From assembly GCA_013388425.1 (NCBI GenBank), contig JACADV010000016.1:1-52924 (forward strand): a stretch of 52,924 nucleotides of DNA, given 5' to 3'. This DNA comes from Thermoanaerobaculaceae bacterium. Its GTDB lineage: Bacteria; Acidobacteriota; Thermoanaerobaculia; Thermoanaerobaculales; Thermoanaerobaculaceae. A program made the translations under genes and the position numbers. This document shows positions 28,442 to 41,100 of this stretch, piece after piece. The notes under the pieces were generated by a model that saw only the letters and a program-made list of their open reading frames with translations, had not been told where the DNA came from and ran no database searches. The stretch's first letter is position 1. The number at the start of each line of letters is the position of its first letter.

Positions 28442-29351
28442 ACGCGGCCAGTTCCGCAAGCCAGTGCGCCGCGGACCCCAGCGGTCGGAGAGCCTGCCGC
28501 GCCGCCTGGACGAGCTCCTCGCACAGCGACTCGGCACCCTCCAAGCCAAACACCGAAACGAAGGTGGCCCGTCCCAGTGCCGCATCCCGGCCCGGCGCTT
28601 TCCCCATGGCGCCCGCACACCCTCGCGCGTCCAGCAGGTCGTCGCTCACCTGAAAGGCCAGCCCGAGGTTGCGGGCGTAGGCGAGCACGGCCTCCAGCTC
28701 CCGACCGCGAGCGCCCGCCGTCACGGCGCCCAGGAGGGTCGCGTACTCGAAGAGTGCACCGGTCTTCTGCGCGTGGATACGTTCCAGCACGTCCAGACCG
28801 GCTCGACTGCTCACCATGGCCAGATCGGCCACCTGGCCCCGGCACAGCGCCTCAATCACCTCGGCAAAACGTTGCTGCAACTGCCGCCGGTGCGCAGGGG
28901 CCACCCCCGCCGCCGCCAGGGTGCGGGGCAACAGCGCCTGGGCCCGGGCGAGCAGCGCAAAAGCGGCAAGGATGGCCACCGCCTCGCCAAACTGGCGGTG
29001 GAGCGTCGGCTCCCCGCGGCGGACATCGGCATCGTCCATGCAGGGCAGGTCGTCCAGGGCGAGGGAAGCGGCGTGCACCAGCTCGGGGACACAGGCCACA
29101 TCGAGTACTGCTTCGTCGCGCCGACCGAAGGCCTCTGCCACCAGGAGCACGAGCGCCGGCCGCACGCGCTTGCCTGCCGAGAGCACGGCTGCGCGCATCG
29201 CTGCCGACAGCACATCCTCCCCGCTGCCCTGGGGGGGCAGGTGCTGGGCGAGGCGCCGGTCGACCGCCGACGCGTACTCCGAGAGCCGCGCCGCGAGGCT
29301 GGTGCTAGCTGGAGAAGCTCGAAAGAGCCTCAGCCTCGTTGTCGAAGACAT
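28419..29351 (-). CDS. Polyprenyl synthetase (trans-isoprenyl diphosphate synthase, FPP/GGPP synthase family)
   Basis: First Asp-rich motif LALDDLPCMDDADVRRG and second Asp-rich motif FQVSDDLLD. Confidence 0.85.
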   Translation of the reverse strand: MSSTTRLRLFRASPASTSLAARLSEYASAVDRRLAQHLPPQGSGEDVLSAAMRAAVLSAGKRVRPALVLLVAEAFGRRDEAVLDVACVPELVHAASLALDDLPCMDDADVRRGEPTLHRQFGEAVAILAAFALLARAQALLPRTLAAAGVAPAHRRQLQQRFAEVIEALCRGQVADLAMVSSRAGLDVLERIHAQKTGALFEYATLLGAVTAGARGRELEAVLAYARNLGLAFQVSDDLLDARGCAGAMGKAPGRDAALGRATFVSVFGLEGAESLCEELVQAARQALRPLGSAAHWLAELAAYVRHRTA

Positions 29352-29649
29352 CGAAGACCGTGATGAGCTGGGTCACCTGCAGAATGTCGTTGATCTTGGG
29401 GGGCAGGTTGAGCAGCTTCATCGACCCGCCGCGGCGTGCCACCGTGGTGTAGCAACCCACCATCTCGCCGATCCCCGAGGAATCGATGTGGCTCACCCCC
29501 TTGAGGTCGAGGAGGATCTTCGTCCGCCCGTCGGCCAGGGCGGACTCCACCAGACTCCGCATCTGCACGTCTCCAGCCCCAATGGTGATCTTCCCCTCCA
29601 GGGCGATCACCCGCACGTTGCCCACGTCCCGTACTGTGCTCTTCATCAA
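29305..29649 (-). CDS. STAS-domain anti-sigma-factor antagonist (SpoIIAA/RsbV-like)
   Basis: ILLDLKGVSHIDSSGIGEMVGCYTT with the phosphorylatable Ser in the DSSG context. Overlaps the polyprenyl synthetase start by 47 nt. Confidence 0.8.
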   Translation of the reverse strand: MMKSTVRDVGNVRVIALEGKITIGAGDVQMRSLVESALADGRTKILLDLKGVSHIDSSGIGEMVGCYTTVARRGGSMKLLNLPPKINDILQVTQLITVFDVFDNEAEALSSFSS

Positions 29650-30056
29650 TCCCTCCCGGCATGAAGCCGTTTCACCAGCTCGATGCGCGTCCCGCCCCGC
29701 TCACCGGGGAGGAATCGCACCTCGTCCATGAAGCTGCGCATGTAGAATACGCCTCGCCCGCTGGACCGCAACAGGTTGCGGGGAGACGTGGGATCCTCCA
29801 ACTGGCTCGGGTCGAACCCTTCCCCCTCGTCCTCGACGCGGATCGAGACCTCGCTGCCCGGTTCGGCGCAGATCTCCACGAAAACGCGCTTGGCTGCGCT
29901 AAGCTTGTTGCCGTGCTTGATGGCGTTCGCCAGCGCTTCGCGCAGTGCCATGCCGATCCAGTACAGCGTCTCCTCCTCGATCCGACACTCCCGACCCAGC
30001 TCCAGGAGCATGTGTTCGGCCAGTTCGATGTTCTCGTAACGCGACTGCAGTGCCAT
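29646..30056 (-). CDS. Anti-sigma regulatory factor Ser/Thr kinase (RsbW/SpoIIAB-like HATPase_c)
   Basis: N box EALANAIKHG, G boxes DEGEGFD and GRGVFYM. ATG 30056 has a GGAAAG Shine-Dalgarno at 5 nt; the track ORF extends to 30092. Confidence 0.8.
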   Translation of the reverse strand: MALQSRYENIELAEHMLLELGRECRIEEETLYWIGMALREALANAIKHGNKLSAAKRVFVEICAEPGSEVSIRVEDEGEGFDPSQLEDPTSPRNLLRSSGRGVFYMRSFMDEVRFLPGERGGTRIELVKRLHAGRD

Positions 30057-30072
30057 CTGGGCTTTCCGAACC

Positions 30073-31431
30073 ATGCGTGGAAAGTATAGCATCGGCCTGC
30101 TTCTCCTCGCCGCCGTTGCCAGCGCCTCAGCCGAGGTGTGCCCAACGGTCGTGACGGCCGTGGCGAGCCGCGTGGCGGCGTTGCGGGGGGTGCCGCCACC
30201 CTTCTCGCCGCCCTGCCGCTTCGTCTCTCAGGAGGCGCTGGCAGAGGAGATCGCTCGCAAGCTGCGCCGCGATCTGCCCACGAGCCCCGAACTCTTCGTG
30301 GAGGCACTGGTCCGCCTGGGCTTTGTGGCCGGCGAACCTGCCACCCTCCTGCCGCGCCTCGTGGACTTTTACCGCCAGCAGGTGCTGGGCTTCTACGAAC
30401 CGGCTGGCAACGAGCTGGTGATCGTCCAGGAGGCGGTGGCCGAGACGGGGCTGGCAAGCTGGATCTGGGCTCACGAGCTGGAGCACGCCGCGCAAGAGGC
30501 GCGCTTTCGGCTCCCCTCCCGCCTGCTGGCCATGGGCAGCAACAGTGATCGGCAGCGGGCCGCCTCGGCCATTGCCGAGGGGGACGCGCTCCTCGTCATG
30601 CTCCTCCTCGCGCTACCCGCGCGCGCCGGTGGCGACCCCCTCGACCTTGCTGCCGAGGCCCTGTCCCGGCAGATGGGAGCCCAGGTTGCCGGGGCGGAGG
30701 TGCCCGAGTACTTCGTTCAGGAACTCCTCTTCCCGTACACCACCGGCTTTGCCACCACACTTGCCGCCTACCGCCGCGGCGGCTGGGAGGCCGTGGACCG
30801 CCTCCTGGCCTCCCCGCCCAGCAGCACCGCCGAGCTGCTCCACCCCGGCCGGCCACCCACCCCAGGGCTGGGGGACGAGGTGCTCCCCTCGCCACCCCCC
30901 GGCACCGAGGTGATCCTCACCGACACCCTGGGGGAGTGGGGGTTCGCCACATGGCTCGCCCCCCGCCTGGGGGGCGAAGAGGCCGCGCGAGTGGCAGCTG
31001 CGTGGCGGGGGGATCGCTTCCTGCTGCTGCGCCATCGCCACCAGCCGAACCACTGGGCGCTGGCGCTGGAGGTGGCCTGCAGCGACGAGGAGGGCTGCAC
31101 CCTCCTGCAGCAGGCGCTCCAGGCGCAGGCGCCAGCCCTCCTGGCCAGGCTCACACCGGAACCCCCCACCCTGGTTTGGCACCGCACCGGTACGCGGTTC
31201 GGTCTGCGCGCCGCTTGGCCAGCAGCGCACGAGACGGTACCGCCAGGAGCGCACCCCCCCCGTCAGCGCTCGGGTCGAGGGGCGGGGGCGAGTGGTACCA
31301 CCACCGCCTTGGTGATGATCACCGGCTCCCGCGGCACGTCCCCCGGGAACGGCCCCCCCGGTCCAGTGGGCACAGCGGCAATGGCGTCCACCACCTCCAT
31401 GCCCGCCACCACACGCCCGAAGACGCAGTAG
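30073..31431 (+). CDS. Secreted hypothetical protein with an HExxH (HELEH) motif, a putative zinc metallopeptidase
   Basis: Signal peptide MRGKYSIGLLLLAAVASASA; WIWAHELEHAAQ. The last 60-odd residues overlap the convergent cyclophilin gene and look like shadow sequence, so the true 3' end is uncertain. Confidence 0.5.
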   Translation: MRGKYSIGLLLLAAVASASAEVCPTVVTAVASRVAALRGVPPPFSPPCRFVSQEALAEEIARKLRRDLPTSPELFVEALVRLGFVAGEPATLLPRLVDFYRQQVLGFYEPAGNELVIVQEAVAETGLASWIWAHELEHAAQEARFRLPSRLLAMGSNSDRQRAASAIAEGDALLVMLLLALPARAGGDPLDLAAEALSRQMGAQVAGAEVPEYFVQELLFPYTTGFATTLAAYRRGGWEAVDRLLASPPSSTAELLHPGRPPTPGLGDEVLPSPPPGTEVILTDTLGEWGFATWLAPRLGGEEAARVAAAWRGDRFLLLRHRHQPNHWALALEVACSDEEGCTLLQQALQAQAPALLARLTPEPPTLVWHRTGTRFGLRAAWPAAHETVPPGAHPPRQRSGRGAGASGTTTALVMITGSRGTSPGNGPPGPVGTAAMASTTSMPATTRPKTQ

Positions 31432-31868
31432 CCCATCCCCGCGACCGAGGTGTCGCGGTGGTCGAGAAAGGAGTTGTTCTTGAGGTTGATGTAGAACTGG
31501 GAGGTGGCCGAGTCCGGGTCTTGGGTACGGGCCATGGCCACGGTGCCCCGCTCGTTCTTGAGGCCGTTGGCCGCCTCGTTGGGAATGGGCGGCCGGGTGG
31601 GCTTGGGCTGGAACGCTGCCGTGAAGCCGCCCCCCTGCACCACGAAACCGGGGATCACGCGGTGGAAGATGGTTCCGTCAAAGTGCCCGGCCTTGACGTA
31701 CGCCAGGAAGTTGGCCACCGTCTTGGGGGCCCGCTCGTCGGCCAGCTCCAGCTCGATCACCCCCTGGGTGGTCTCCAGCCGCACCCGAGTCCCAGCCGTG
31801 GCCCGGGCTGCCGAGCCCAGCAGGCAGAGTGCAAGCGTCAGGTGGAATGCGGCACGGAACATGGCCAT
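31263..31868 (-). CDS. Cyclophilin-type peptidyl-prolyl cis-trans isomerase, secreted
   Basis: Signal peptide plus FHRVIPGFVVQGGG...GTVAMAR...SQFYINL cyclophilin signature. Confidence 0.85.
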   Translation of the reverse strand: MAMFRAAFHLTLALCLLGSAARATAGTRVRLETTQGVIELELADERAPKTVANFLAYVKAGHFDGTIFHRVIPGFVVQGGGFTAAFQPKPTRPPIPNEAANGLKNERGTVAMARTQDPDSATSQFYINLKNNSFLDHRDTSVAGMGYCVFGRVVAGMEVVDAIAAVPTGPGGPFPGDVPREPVIITKAVVVPLAPAPRPER

Positions 31869-31877
31869 CTCCTCCCC

Positions 31878-33740
31878 TCAGGAACGCCCCCGCACGCTGG
31901 TGAGCCCAAAGCGTGGCACGGCACGTTCGTTGTCCATCTCGATCTTGAGCAGGTAGCGTCCACCGCCGGTCACATCGACCGGGATCGCCTCCTCGCCCAG
32001 CAGCCCCCCCTCGGCGCCGCGCAGGCGAACGGTGAGGGTCCGCGTACCGGCGGGCAAGGTGATGGCATCCTGAAAGATGCCAGTGGCGCGCCGGCGCACG
32101 CCGAGAAAGCCCTTGGTGGAGAAATCGAAGGGCTTCTTGAGCAGCACCTTACCCGCATCCTCCAGCTCCACCACCCCGGCCGAAAGCGGGGAGTTGAAGT
32201 AAATCTCGATCCGCGCCTCCCCCACCGGCGCCGCGGTGGGAGTGGGAGTCTGGAAGCCCACGGCTCGCTGCTCCGTCCTGCCCCGCGGCAGGCGCGCACG
32301 CTCCCTGGCCAGCTCCAGGTACTCGCGGGCCAAGGGGTCGTCGGGGAGGATCTCCAGCACCCCCTCGAAGCGCGCCTGGGCCGCGCGCCAGTTCCCCTCC
32401 CGCAGCAGCTCCTTGCCCTCGTTCAGGAGGCGCTGGGCGGAAGCGTTGCGGGCCAGCGCTGCTTCCTGCTGCTGGCGTAGCTGCTGCGCTGCCACTTGCA
32501 GACGGCGCGCCACCGGGCTGTGCGGCGCCTGATCCCACACCGGTGCCAGGAGGCGCTCGGCTTCCCCGGCGTTGCCCGCCGCCAGGGCCGCTGCCGCCTT
32601 CCGCTGCGCTGCCACCACCGCGTGGCGGCGCGACGCTTCACCCGGTTCCGGTCCGCGGTAGGGGCCCCGGTCCACGCTGGCCGAGAGCAGACCGATCGCC
32701 ACCGCTGGTGGGAGTACCACCGCCGCCAGAGAAATGGCCACCCAGCGCGGGGTGATGGGCAATCGCCACACGCTCGGCTGGGGGGGTTCTGCCCGCTCCA
32801 CGGCCGTGGCCCGGGTTGCCGTGGGTACCCCCGTCATGGATTCGGCCTCGGTCACCGTGGGCGCCTGCGTTGCCGCCAGGGTCAACTGGGTGGCGTTGCC
32901 ACTCCCCACCCCCAGCAGGATGCGCCGCAGCACATCCAGCGCCCGGGCCACCTCGGCCCCCCGCGCGTAGCGCTGCTCCGGATCCTTCTCCAGCATCTTG
33001 AGGATGATGGGGTTGAAGGAGGGGGGGACCCCCGGGCGGAGCTGCGAGGGGATGGGGGCGGGCTCGTGCACGATCTTGTACGTGACTTCCGTGAGCGACT
33101 CGCCCGCAAACGGGCGGGTACCGGTCAACAGTTCGAAGAGCACGACCCCCAACGAGAAGAGATCGCTCCTCCCATCCACCTTGGCGCCGGTCACCTGCTC
33201 GGGGGACATGTAGTTGGGTGTGCCGATGAACTGGCCAGCGGTGGTGAGGTTGGAGGACTCCAGGCGCGCAATGCCAAAGTCGGTGATCTTGGCGCTCCCC
33301 TGGGGGGTGATGATGATGTTGGCCGGCTTGATGTCCCGGTGCACCACCCCCTTGGAGTGGGCGTAGTCCAGACCGCTGGCCAGCGCCGCGCCAATCCGGG
33401 CAATGTCGCTGTACGCAAAGGGGTGGCCGGACTTCATGAGCTCGCGCAGGCTCTTGCCCTCGATGAACTCCATGGCGATGTAGGACAGCCCCGTGGCCTC
33501 GTCCACCCCCGCGTCGTGCACGGTGACGATCCCTGGGTGGTTGAGGATCCCCGCCGCCTGGGCTTCGCGGAGGAAGCGCTGCCGGAACTCCTCCGCCTCT
33601 TCCGCATCAGTGGGTGGCTTCAGGGTCTTGAGGGCAACGCGCCGGCCAATCACGGGGTCCCGTGCCAGGTACACCACGCCCATGGCCCCCTTCCCCAAGA
33701 GGCGCTCGATCACGTACCGGCCAATCCGCGTCGGCTCCAT
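31878..33740 (-). CDS. Ser/Thr protein kinase: N-terminal kinase, one TM, C-terminal extracytoplasmic TPR-like domain
   Basis: GKGAMGVVYLA, HRDIKPANIIIT, DFGIARL and GTPNYMSPE; TM helix WVAISLAAVVLPPAVAIGLL. Confidence 0.9.
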   Translation of the reverse strand: MEPTRIGRYVIERLLGKGAMGVVYLARDPVIGRRVALKTLKPPTDAEEAEEFRQRFLREAQAAGILNHPGIVTVHDAGVDEATGLSYIAMEFIEGKSLRELMKSGHPFAYSDIARIGAALASGLDYAHSKGVVHRDIKPANIIITPQGSAKITDFGIARLESSNLTTAGQFIGTPNYMSPEQVTGAKVDGRSDLFSLGVVLFELLTGTRPFAGESLTEVTYKIVHEPAPIPSQLRPGVPPSFNPIILKMLEKDPEQRYARGAEVARALDVLRRILLGVGSGNATQLTLAATQAPTVTEAESMTGVPTATRATAVERAEPPQPSVWRLPITPRWVAISLAAVVLPPAVAIGLLSASVDRGPYRGPEPGEASRRHAVVAAQRKAAAALAAGNAGEAERLLAPVWDQAPHSPVARRLQVAAQQLRQQQEAALARNASAQRLLNEGKELLREGNWRAAQARFEGVLEILPDDPLAREYLELARERARLPRGRTEQRAVGFQTPTPTAAPVGEARIEIYFNSPLSAGVVELEDAGKVLLKKPFDFSTKGFLGVRRRATGIFQDAITLPAGTRTLTVRLRGAEGGLLGEEAIPVDVTGGGRYLLKIEMDNERAVPRFGLTSVRGRS

Positions 33741-33754
33741 ACGACCCTTCTAGG

Positions 33755-36775
<3,021 letters not shown>

Positions 36776-36938
36776 CACGCCCGGTCCCGAGGCTACCACA
36801 CCACCCCCGCCCGCGGCACGCCCCGCCCGGGCCCAGGGCGTGGCGCCCCAGCGGCCAACCCTGGCGCACCGCTGGGTCGGGCCGGCAGATAATGGGGCAT
36901 TCGTCCCGGCTCTCGCCGGGGGAGGAAACGGTTTGCCT

Positions 36939-38102
36939 ATGACGCGACCGATTTACCTGGACTACAACGCCACCACCCCGGTGGACCCGCGGGTGGTGGA
37001 GGCCATGCTGCCCTGCTTCACGGAACACTTCGGCAACCCCTCCTCGCGGACCCACGCCTACGGGTGGGCCGCCGCGGCGCTGGTGGACGACGCCCGCCGC
37101 CGCGTGGCGGCCGCACTGGGCGTGCAGCCGGAAGAGGTGATCTTCACCTCCGGTGCCACCGAGGCCAACAACCTGGCGCTCAAAGGGACCGCTCTGGCCC
37201 AGGCGCAGCGCGGGCGACACATCGTCACCTGCGCCACCGAGCACAAGGCGGTGCTCGACCCCTGTCGCACCCTGGCGGCGCAAGGGTTTTCCCTCACGGT
37301 GCTGGGCGTGGACCGCTTCGGGCGGGTGGAGCCACCGCAGGTGGTGGACGCCCTGCGCGATGACACCATCCTCGTTTCGCTCATGCTCGCCAACAACGAG
37401 ATCGGCACCCTGCACCCGGTGGCGGAGGTTGCTGCCCTGTGCCGCCAACGGGGGGTGCTGGTGCACTGCGACGCCACCCAGGCGGTGGGCAAGATCCCCG
37501 TGAACGCGGCAGCTTTGGGCGTGGACCTGCTCTCCCTCTCGGCGCACAAGTTCTACGGGCCCAAAGGGGTGGGCGCCCTGGTGGTGCGGCAGCGGCACAG
37601 GCGGGGAGCGCTGGTGCCCCTGGTGGAGGGCGGCGGGCACGAGCAGGGGTTGCGCTCGGGCACCTTGAACGTGCCGGGCATCGTCGGGTGTGCCCGGGCG
37701 CTGGAGCTGGCCGTGGCGGATTGCGAGGGCGAGGCGCAGCGCCTGCACACCCTCCGCAACCGCCTGCGCGAGGGCATCCTGGGCCGTCTCGACGGGGTGG
37801 TGGAGAACGGCCATCCGGTGGAGCGGCTCCCCAACACCTTGAGCCTCTCCTTCGAGGGGGTGGACGGGGCCGCCCTCCTGGTGGGGTTGCGGGAGCTGGC
37901 GGTCTCCCCCGGTTCCGCCTGTACCTCCGCCGATCCCCGTCCCTCCCACGTGCTGGAGGCGCTGGGCCTCCCCCGCCACCTGGCCCATGCCACCCTCCGC
38001 TTCTCGCTGGGGCGACCCACCACCGAGGAGGAGGTGACGGCAGCCGTGGACATCGTGGTGCGCCACGTGCAGCAGCTGCGGAGGGCCACCGGGCGCCGCT
38101 AG
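36939..38102 (+). CDS. iscS: Cysteine desulfurase (class V aminotransferase, IscS/NifS type)
   Basis: IYLDYNATTPVDPRV...SGATEANNLA...SLSAHKFYGPKGVGAL (PLP lysine)...SPGSACTS (active-site Cys loop). Confidence 0.9.
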   Translation: MTRPIYLDYNATTPVDPRVVEAMLPCFTEHFGNPSSRTHAYGWAAAALVDDARRRVAAALGVQPEEVIFTSGATEANNLALKGTALAQAQRGRHIVTCATEHKAVLDPCRTLAAQGFSLTVLGVDRFGRVEPPQVVDALRDDTILVSLMLANNEIGTLHPVAEVAALCRQRGVLVHCDATQAVGKIPVNAAALGVDLLSLSAHKFYGPKGVGALVVRQRHRRGALVPLVEGGGHEQGLRSGTLNVPGIVGCARALELAVADCEGEAQRLHTLRNRLREGILGRLDGVVENGHPVERLPNTLSLSFEGVDGAALLVGLRELAVSPGSACTSADPRPSHVLEALGLPRHLAHATLRFSLGRPTTEEEVTAAVDIVVRHVQQLRRATGRR

Positions 38103-38122
38103 GAAGGCGGCCCAGCGACCCC

Positions 38123-41100
38123 ATGGCACCGACGGGTTGGGTTCCGAGCCTACACCTCCCCCCGCCAGGGAAGCAGCCGACTCCCCTCGAGACGGCGTTC
38201 GAGCTGCTGCGCTCTCGCCTCGCCCCCCGCCCGGGGGGAAGGGTGGTGGCGGGTATCTGCCCCGGCGCCCGGGCCCTGGCGGTGGCCGCCCTCCTGGGCG
38301 AGCAACCGGCCCTCGTGGTGGTCCCCACGGCGGCGGACGCCGAAGCGCTGGTGGCGGGCCTGGAGGTGCTGGCACCCCACATCCCCACCGTCATGCTGCC
38401 GGTGGAGCTGGCCCAGGGCTCGGCGGCCCGCCCCGTCGGTCTGGGCGCCACCTCGGCAGCCGTGGCCGCGCTGCTGCGATGGGCGCGGGGGGAGGCGCGG
38501 ATCGTGGTGGTCCCGGCCCCCCTCCTGCCCCACCCCCTGCCACCACCCAGCGCCATCGCTGCCCGGACGGCGAGGCTTGCCGTGGGCGACACCCTGCACC
38601 TGCCGCACTTTACCGAGCACCTCCGGGCCACCGGGTACCGCCGCGTGGAGGTGGTGGAGGAGGCGGGGGAGTTTGCGCTCCGCGGCCACCTTCTCGACCT
38701 GGGCTGCCCGGAGGCGTTCTACCGCCTCGTCCTGGACGTGGACTCCATCGAGGAGATCCGCAACTTCGACCCGACGACCCAGCGCTCCGTGGCAGCTACC
38801 GACGCCATCACCGTGCCGCCCCTCACCCTCTTCGAACTGGACCCTGCCACCCGCCACGCTCTGGCCACGCGCCTGGAGGCGACGGGGTTTCTCGCCACGG
38901 CAGCGGCGGTCCGCGACGGGCGCAGCCAGGAGTTCTGGGCGGGGCTCGCCGGCTGGGTACAGGACGCCATCCGGCCCTGGGAGTTGGCCGCCCACTGCAT
39001 CGTCTGCGAGCTGGAGGAGGTGCGTGCCGAGCTGCATCGGAGCCTGGCCGCCTCCGGCCCGCCCCGGGGTGGCGCCGATGGGGAACTCCTCTTCCCCGCC
39101 CCGGCGGAGTGGCTCGCCCCCCCCGCCGACTGTCTTGCCGCCCTGGCCGGAGCGGACCGGGTGGAGGAGCTGGTGGTGGGCGAGGAGGGTGAACCGGTGC
39201 GCTTTGCCACCTCGCCCACACCGCAACTGGCCAGCCGCCCCCAGGGGCTTGTGGAGGAGGTGCGGCGCGGGGTGGCCGAGGGGCTCGCGCAGGTCCTCCT
39301 GGCGGCAAGCCGAGGCGAGGCGCAGCGCCTGCTGCACCTCCTGGCCGAACTCGACCCGCCACCCACCGAAAGGTTCCCCGCTCCCGGAGCGGTGGGGATC
39401 GTGTCCGGCCGCCTGCCCCACGGCTTCCGCTTCGCCGCAGCGGGGCTCGTGGTCTTTGGCCGGGCCGACCTCACGGCGTTGCCGCCACCGGCGCGGACGC
39501 GCCGGTCGCTGGCCCGTGTCTTGTCGGCCATGCGCGATCTCAAGGCGGGCGACTACGTGGTGCACGCCCACCACGGCATCGGTCGCTTCCTGGGTGTGCG
39601 TACCCTGGACCTGGACGGCGAGCAGCACGAGGTGGTGGAGATCGAGTTTGCCGGCGGCACCAAGCTCTTCGTGCCTCTGGAGCGGGCCGATGTGCTGGAG
39701 AAGCACTCCGGCGGCGAGGGGAGTCCACCCCCCCTGGACCGCCTCGGTGGCACCTCCTGGGCGCGCACCAAGGCGCGGGTCAAGAAGGCCATCAAGGAGA
39801 TGGCCCAAGAGCTCCTGCAGCTGCAGGCCCAGCGCGAGGTGGGCGAGGGGTTTGCCTTCTCCAAGGACTCCCCCTGGCAGCGCGAGTTCGAGGACGCCTT
39901 CGAGTACGACCTCACGCCGGACCAGGAAACCGCCGTGGCCGAGGTGAAGCGGGCCATGGAGTCGCGCCGCCCCATGGACCACTTGCTGGTGGGTGACGTG
40001 GGCTACGGCAAGACGGAAGTGGCGATGCGGGCCGCCTTCAAGGCCGTGATGGACGGCAAGCAGGTGGCGCTCCTCGCCCCCACCACCGTCCTCGCCGAGC
40101 AGCACTACCGCACCTTTACCCGGCGCTTTGCTGGCTTCCCCGTGGAGATCCGCCGTCTGTCGCGAGTGCTGGAGCGCGAGGAACGGCGGGAGACGCTACG
40201 CAGGGTGAGGGAGGGGACGGTGGACATCCTCATCGGTACCCACCGCCTCCTGGGGCGGGACGTGGTGTTCCGCGATCTGGGGCTCGTCATCGTGGACGAG
40301 GAACAGCGCTTTGGCGTGGCGCAGAAGGAGCGGCTCAAGGTCTGGAAGACCACGGTGGACGTGCTCGCCCTCTCCGCCACGCCCATTCCGAGGACGTTGA
40401 ACCTGGGGCTTTTGGGCCTGCGTGAGGTGTCGGTCATCGAGACCCCGCCCCGCGACCGGCTGGCGGTGGAGACGCACGTGCTGCCCTTTCGGCGCGAGGT
40501 GGTGCGGGAGGCGATCCTCACGGAGCTGGCGCGGGGCGGCCAGGTGTACGTGGTGCACAACCGGGTCGCCTCCATCGCCGCCGTGGCCGCCCTGCTGCGC
40601 GAGATCGTCCCCGAGGCGCGGCTGGCGGTGGCCCACGGCCAGATGGATGCAGCCACCCTGGAGCGGGCCATGGACGCGTTCATCGAAGGGCGGGCCGACG
40701 TGCTCCTGGCCACCTCCATCGTCGAGAACGGGCTCGACATCCCCAACGCCAACACCCTGATCGTCAACCGCGCCGACCGTTTTGGCCTCGCGCAGCTCTA
40801 CCAGCTGCGCGGCCGGGTCGGACGCTCCGATCGGCTGGCCTTTGCCTACCTCCTGGTGCCCCCCGAGCGCTCCCTATCTCTGGCTGCCCGCCAGCGGCTC
40901 GCTGCCATCCTGGAGTTCGCCGAGTTGGGGGCAGGGTTCCGCATTGCTGCGCGCGACCTGGAGATCCGCGGCGCCGGCAACCTCCTGGGGGCCGAGCAGC
41001 ACGGTCACCTGCGGGCAGTGGGCTACGAGACCTACTGCCGTTTGCTGGAGGAGGCGGTGCGGGAGCTGCGCGGCGAGGCAGCTCCGCCCCCCTCCCCGAG

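Noticed and set aside
36776-36938. CCCGGC-tctc-GCCGGG stem-loop and a GATAAT -10-like element in the divergent leader between the phosphohexomutase gene and iscS, as a possible IscR operator
   Set aside because: It does not resemble the IscR type-1 or type-2 consensus, and the -35 element is poor. Recorded here only.
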